Shown here: positions 54,701-56,431 of the stretch, one piece after another
Position numbering within the stretch: position 1 is the first letter of the stretch
Layout of the letters: each line of letters begins with the position of its first letter
Origin: a virus
Lineage: Duplodnaviria; Caudoviricetes
Direction: 5' to 3' (one strand)
IMG/VR virus record: IMGVR_UViG_3300023214_000125
Location: 1-56,431 of that record
Length of the DNA: 56,431 nucleotides
The notes under the pieces: generated by a model
The model's database searches: none
Seen by the model: only the letters and a program-made list of their open reading frames with translations
Told to the model about the DNA's origin: nothing
Position numbers and translations under genes: made by a program

Positions 54701-54802
54701 TTGATGGCAAACATTGCGCCATTTCGGGCAAGCGGTATTGGGGAGCAGGACAAGCAGATGGATCTTTACTGTGATGGCGACGCTTGTGTAGTCGCCGTGT
54801 AA
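51701..54802 (+). CDS. nrdJ: Class II (B12-dependent) ribonucleotide reductase with intein
   Basis: RTYSR, PPGRGL, NCAF, GANPCNEQ, TSVKPSGT and C-terminal CDGDAC. Confidence 0.92.
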   Translation: MKFEMPKLFVDEYRMQPVSFGFGDMGKVTFLRTYSRQDNPNVDGQEGWADVCERAINGMYSFQQQWCEENGVNWNYEKAVRSAKDAYDMMFQMKWTPPGRGLSMMGVPFVMERGEVESLQNCAFISSKYIDRERGDFFAWLMERSMLGVGVGFDTRGSGKLRIHAKPGQEGRTFMVPDNRQGWAESVRMLIDSYLNPTMPHWQFDYSLVRPRGSLIRGFGGVASGPEPLIDLHRSIRKILDTQDGQLLNSRTIVDLCNLIGKCVVSGNVRRCLPKGTLIHTRDGLVPIENICPGMAAKTSDGYAEISELIEQGTQATILIQTQLGDFECTKSHRVAVMTSPGEYTWKLASELLQGERLVFVEGMINGVNTHLPDWSYDKPLHSTTCVDIDIPTLDADMAWFIGMFHGDGYVYPNFENGGFNAYVMVACDTKHSEIINRVEQQIERFGVNINRVEPSESDKSVKVRSQSKQLAWYLSQIKVANEPISVPDFILKGTHRVRAAYVAGLFDADGSSATRPVLVASSVYPTYLKEVQSLCASLGIPTRMRLHRKARGQWRSLYHLSVVGARAVGRFQGIVTPYSSKYEDTRKTQRSQHGYGYELLGGDCKGLIPIKVNGIQPGRTVETFDISVPGAHEFVAAEGLLVHNSAEIALGDPSDSEFINLKNYDLYPERAEYGWVSNNSVFAEVGMDYSSVAERTWANGEPGYYWLENARQYGRMNGVRKPDVGVMGANPCNEQNLHHREECTLVEIFLPRCKNKQEFERAIKYAYLYGKSVTLANERIRDPQARDVMCQNRRIGLSVTGITQFVGQRGMGTLRDWLDHGYYISGYYDQLYSQWLNVNESIRRTSVKPSGTVSIVAGVTPGVHFAPAGRHHIRRIVLADDSPLVEPLQAAGYPIEPSAYTPGSVAVSFPVDAGPGVRSESDVSMDEQLQLVSLVQRHWADNAVSATVKFDREAVGPDDIKQALEHYQHRLKGISFLPSEGHGYEQAPYESIDKETYRDLMANIAPFRASGIGEQDKQMDLYCDGDACVVAV
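52514..53635 (+). mobile_element. Intein with LAGLIDADG homing endonuclease
   Basis: GNVRR|CLPKGT...IGMFHGDG...AGLFDADG...LLVHN|SAEI; 374 aa. Confidence 0.93.
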
Positions 54803-54940
54803 CGTAATGCTGTGCAGGGGCGAAGGATCGCCTACTCTCTCCCCTGCACAAACTCATCTGGTACATCCAGGCCTATTTGCAAACAAAACGCCGCTACGGG
54901 CTTCTGTAGCGTTCTGAGGCAATCAACAGAAAGGAAAATT

Positions 54941-55525
54941 ATGACTGAGCAGCGAGCAATTTATAATCACAATACGCCGGAGCCACAACCGACGAACGGT
55001 CAGCAAAAAGTGACGGAGTTAGTAATTGAGGACCTGAAGCAGCGCAGCGAAACAGGTCGCCAAAAATATGGCACATATCTGCAAACGCACAACGGGCGGA
55101 ATGCGCTGGCAGATTTGTATCAGGAGTTGCTAGACGCTGTGCAGTATGCGAAGCAGCATCTGCTAGAGGCCGATTCCCTGCACAGCCAGCGTCAACATTG
55201 CATCAAATCATGGATTATCGATGCGTTGGCCAGAGAAATTCATAGCAATGCAGTAGACAAGGGCTTCTATGATGAGCCGCGCAGCATAGGTGAAGCCATC
55301 GCACTAATCCACAGCGAGGCGAGCGAAGCACTCGAAGCTGCACGACATGACAACCCACCCGATGACAAAATCCCAGAATTTGATGGCGTGACGGTGGAGC
55401 TTGCAGATTGTATCATTCGCTGTTTGGATACAGCAGCCTACTACAGTTTGCCTATTGGTAATGCAATTATAGCGAAGATGGCATATAACGAAGGGAGAGA
55501 ACGCAAGCACAGCAAAGCATTCTAG
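54941..55525 (+). CDS. MazG-like nucleotide pyrophosphohydrolase (two-domain)
   Basis: GRQKYG...QELLDAVQY and ALIHSEASEALE...ELADCIIR...KMAYN motifs. Confidence 0.8.
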   Translation: MTEQRAIYNHNTPEPQPTNGQQKVTELVIEDLKQRSETGRQKYGTYLQTHNGRNALADLYQELLDAVQYAKQHLLEADSLHSQRQHCIKSWIIDALAREIHSNAVDKGFYDEPRSIGEAIALIHSEASEALEAARHDNPPDDKIPEFDGVTVELADCIIRCLDTAAYYSLPIGNAIIAKMAYNEGRERKHSKAF

Positions 55526-55554
55526 AATGCGCTAGTTTGAATAAGTATCGAGAG

Positions 55555-55585
55555 AGCGCCGGCACAAGTCGGCGCTTTTTTGTTT
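55555..55585 (+). terminator. Intrinsic terminator
   Basis: AGCGCCGGC-ACAA-GTCGGCGCT then TTTTTGTTT. Confidence 0.85.
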
Positions 55586-55639
55586 GGGAGTTGAAACCTA
55601 CGTTTACCCTACGCCCGCCCTACGGTAGGTAGTACCCTA

Positions 55640-55668
55640 TTGACAAAGGTAGCTATCTATGATATACT
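55640..55668 (+). promoter_or_regulatory. Early sigma70-type promoter
   Basis: TTGACA-17bp-TATACT with extended TG. Confidence 0.85.
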
Positions 55669-55716
55669 ATAGATACAGAGGCGAAACAGTAAATAGACAA
55701 AACAGGAGATACAAAA

Positions 55717-55884
55717 ATGAAACACCACATTAATTTTTACCTTAGCGAAGAGTTGTCTTGTGATGATGAGGGCAGTATTGTAATGCTGTGTGATGAATGT
55801 GTGGGGGACTACACCAGGGAAGAAGTACCATTTTGGGGGAGCGGGGACGAGGAATGCACATGCGAAATCTGCGGTAAAAAGTAG
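55717..55884 (+). CDS. 55-aa acidic Zn-binding protein (not in ORF track)
   Basis: SD ACAGGAG; MKHHINFY...CDEC...CEICGKK*. Confidence 0.7.
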   Translation: MKHHINFYLSEELSCDDEGSIVMLCDECVGDYTREEVPFWGSGDEECTCEICGKK

Positions 55885-55889
55885 ATAGA

Positions 55890-55917
55890 CGACCTGGGCA
55901 AGTCGCTAAAAGGCCCA
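55890..55917 (+). ncRNA. H-type pseudoknot motif, copy 1
   Basis: CGAC-CTGGGCAA-GTCG-CTAAAAG-GCCCA. Confidence 0.55.
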
Positions 55918-55988
55918 TATCTAGAGCACAGCCGAACGGCTGGCCCGACGGTGACGGATTCACCGCTAGCCTTCAGGAGGCTTTCCTC

Positions 55989-56309
55989 ATGACCCATCTC
56001 GAACTTCTTCGCCGACAGTGGCCCGACCACAACACTTCGCCTGCCCAGGCGCTTGATTTTGTTGTCGGCAGCGACAACGACGGCTGGCCGGTCTACCTGT
56101 CGCTGCGTGTTGGCGACATCGTGACTACCGCAGCGGGCAGCATGTACCGTGTGGCGGGATTCACCCGCAACAACACGGTGTTGTGTCGACCGCACGGCTT
56201 GGGGCACGACCCGGCGGTTATTGGCACCGAGTTTCGTCCGTCGTCGCTGAGTGTACCCCACAACGATGCATCAGTAACGCATTGTTGTGGCTTGGTGGTT
56301 TTTTCTTAA
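55989..56309 (+). CDS. Hypothetical early protein
   Basis: 106 aa, SD CAGGAGG. Confidence 0.65.
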   Translation: MTHLELLRRQWPDHNTSPAQALDFVVGSDNDGWPVYLSLRVGDIVTTAAGSMYRVAGFTRNNTVLCRPHGLGHDPAVIGTEFRPSSLSVPHNDASVTHCCGLVVFS

Positions 56310-56315
56310 ATTGAG

Positions 56316-56344
56316 TCGACCTGGGCAAGTCGAAAAACTGCCCA
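56316..56344 (+). ncRNA. H-type pseudoknot motif, copy 2
   Basis: TCGAC-CTGGGCAA-GTCGA-AAAACT-GCCCA. Confidence 0.55.
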
Positions 56345-56387
56345 ATATGGCGAATCAAAGTAGAAACCAACTAACAGGAGATACAAA

Positions 56388-56431
56388 ATGAACAACTGGA
56401 AGCGTGAATCACTGAAACTCACGACCGACGA
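56388..56431 (+). CDS. Early gene running off the window end
   Basis: SD ACAGGAG plus ATG; if joined to position 1 it stays open to TGA at 44-46 (29 aa). Confidence 0.5.
   Translation, partial: MNNWKRESLKLTTD

Larger units (their letters stand above)
1..56431. mobile_element. Tailed dsDNA bacteriophage (siphovirus-like), near-complete genome
   Basis: Terminase, portal, capsid, tail tube, tape measure, Dit, fibre and replication genes in phage order; no host housekeeping genes at either end. Confidence 0.95.

Overview
The window looks like an essentially complete, probably circularly permuted genome of a long-tailed (siphovirus-type) dsDNA phage. Several clues suggest a Chloroflexota host, but this is inference only. 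Layout: (i) an early cassette region spanning the window ends (55600-56431 and 1-3926, +), with near-consensus sigma70 promoters, small genes and several structured RNAs; (ii) a long leftward late operon (34800 down to 4029) for lysis/accessory virion, packaging, head and tail genes; (iii) a tnpB-only IS200/IS605 element; (iv) a leftward recombination arm (ERF) and an XRE regulator at a divergent promoter; (v) a rightward replication and nucleotide-metabolism arm (primase, initiator with iterons, DnaB, SSB, intein-containing class II RNR, MazG). The standout is a phage-encoded type IV-B-like CRISPR effector operon (csf1-cas11-csf2-cas6-cysH-csf3) that carries a Cas6 but has no CRISPR array. 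Four dispersed CRISPR-repeat-like hairpin units ending in CGGAAAG sit between stop codons and RBSs in the early region, and one precedes a Csx15-like candidate anti-type-III protein. The same region holds a variant type II hammerhead ribozyme and a duplicated pseudoknot. No integrase, DNA polymerase, tRNA or canonical peptidoglycan hydrolase was recognised. All family calls come from motif recognition by eye, not database searches. Several start codons were adjusted from the ORF track using SD sequences or stop/start overlaps.
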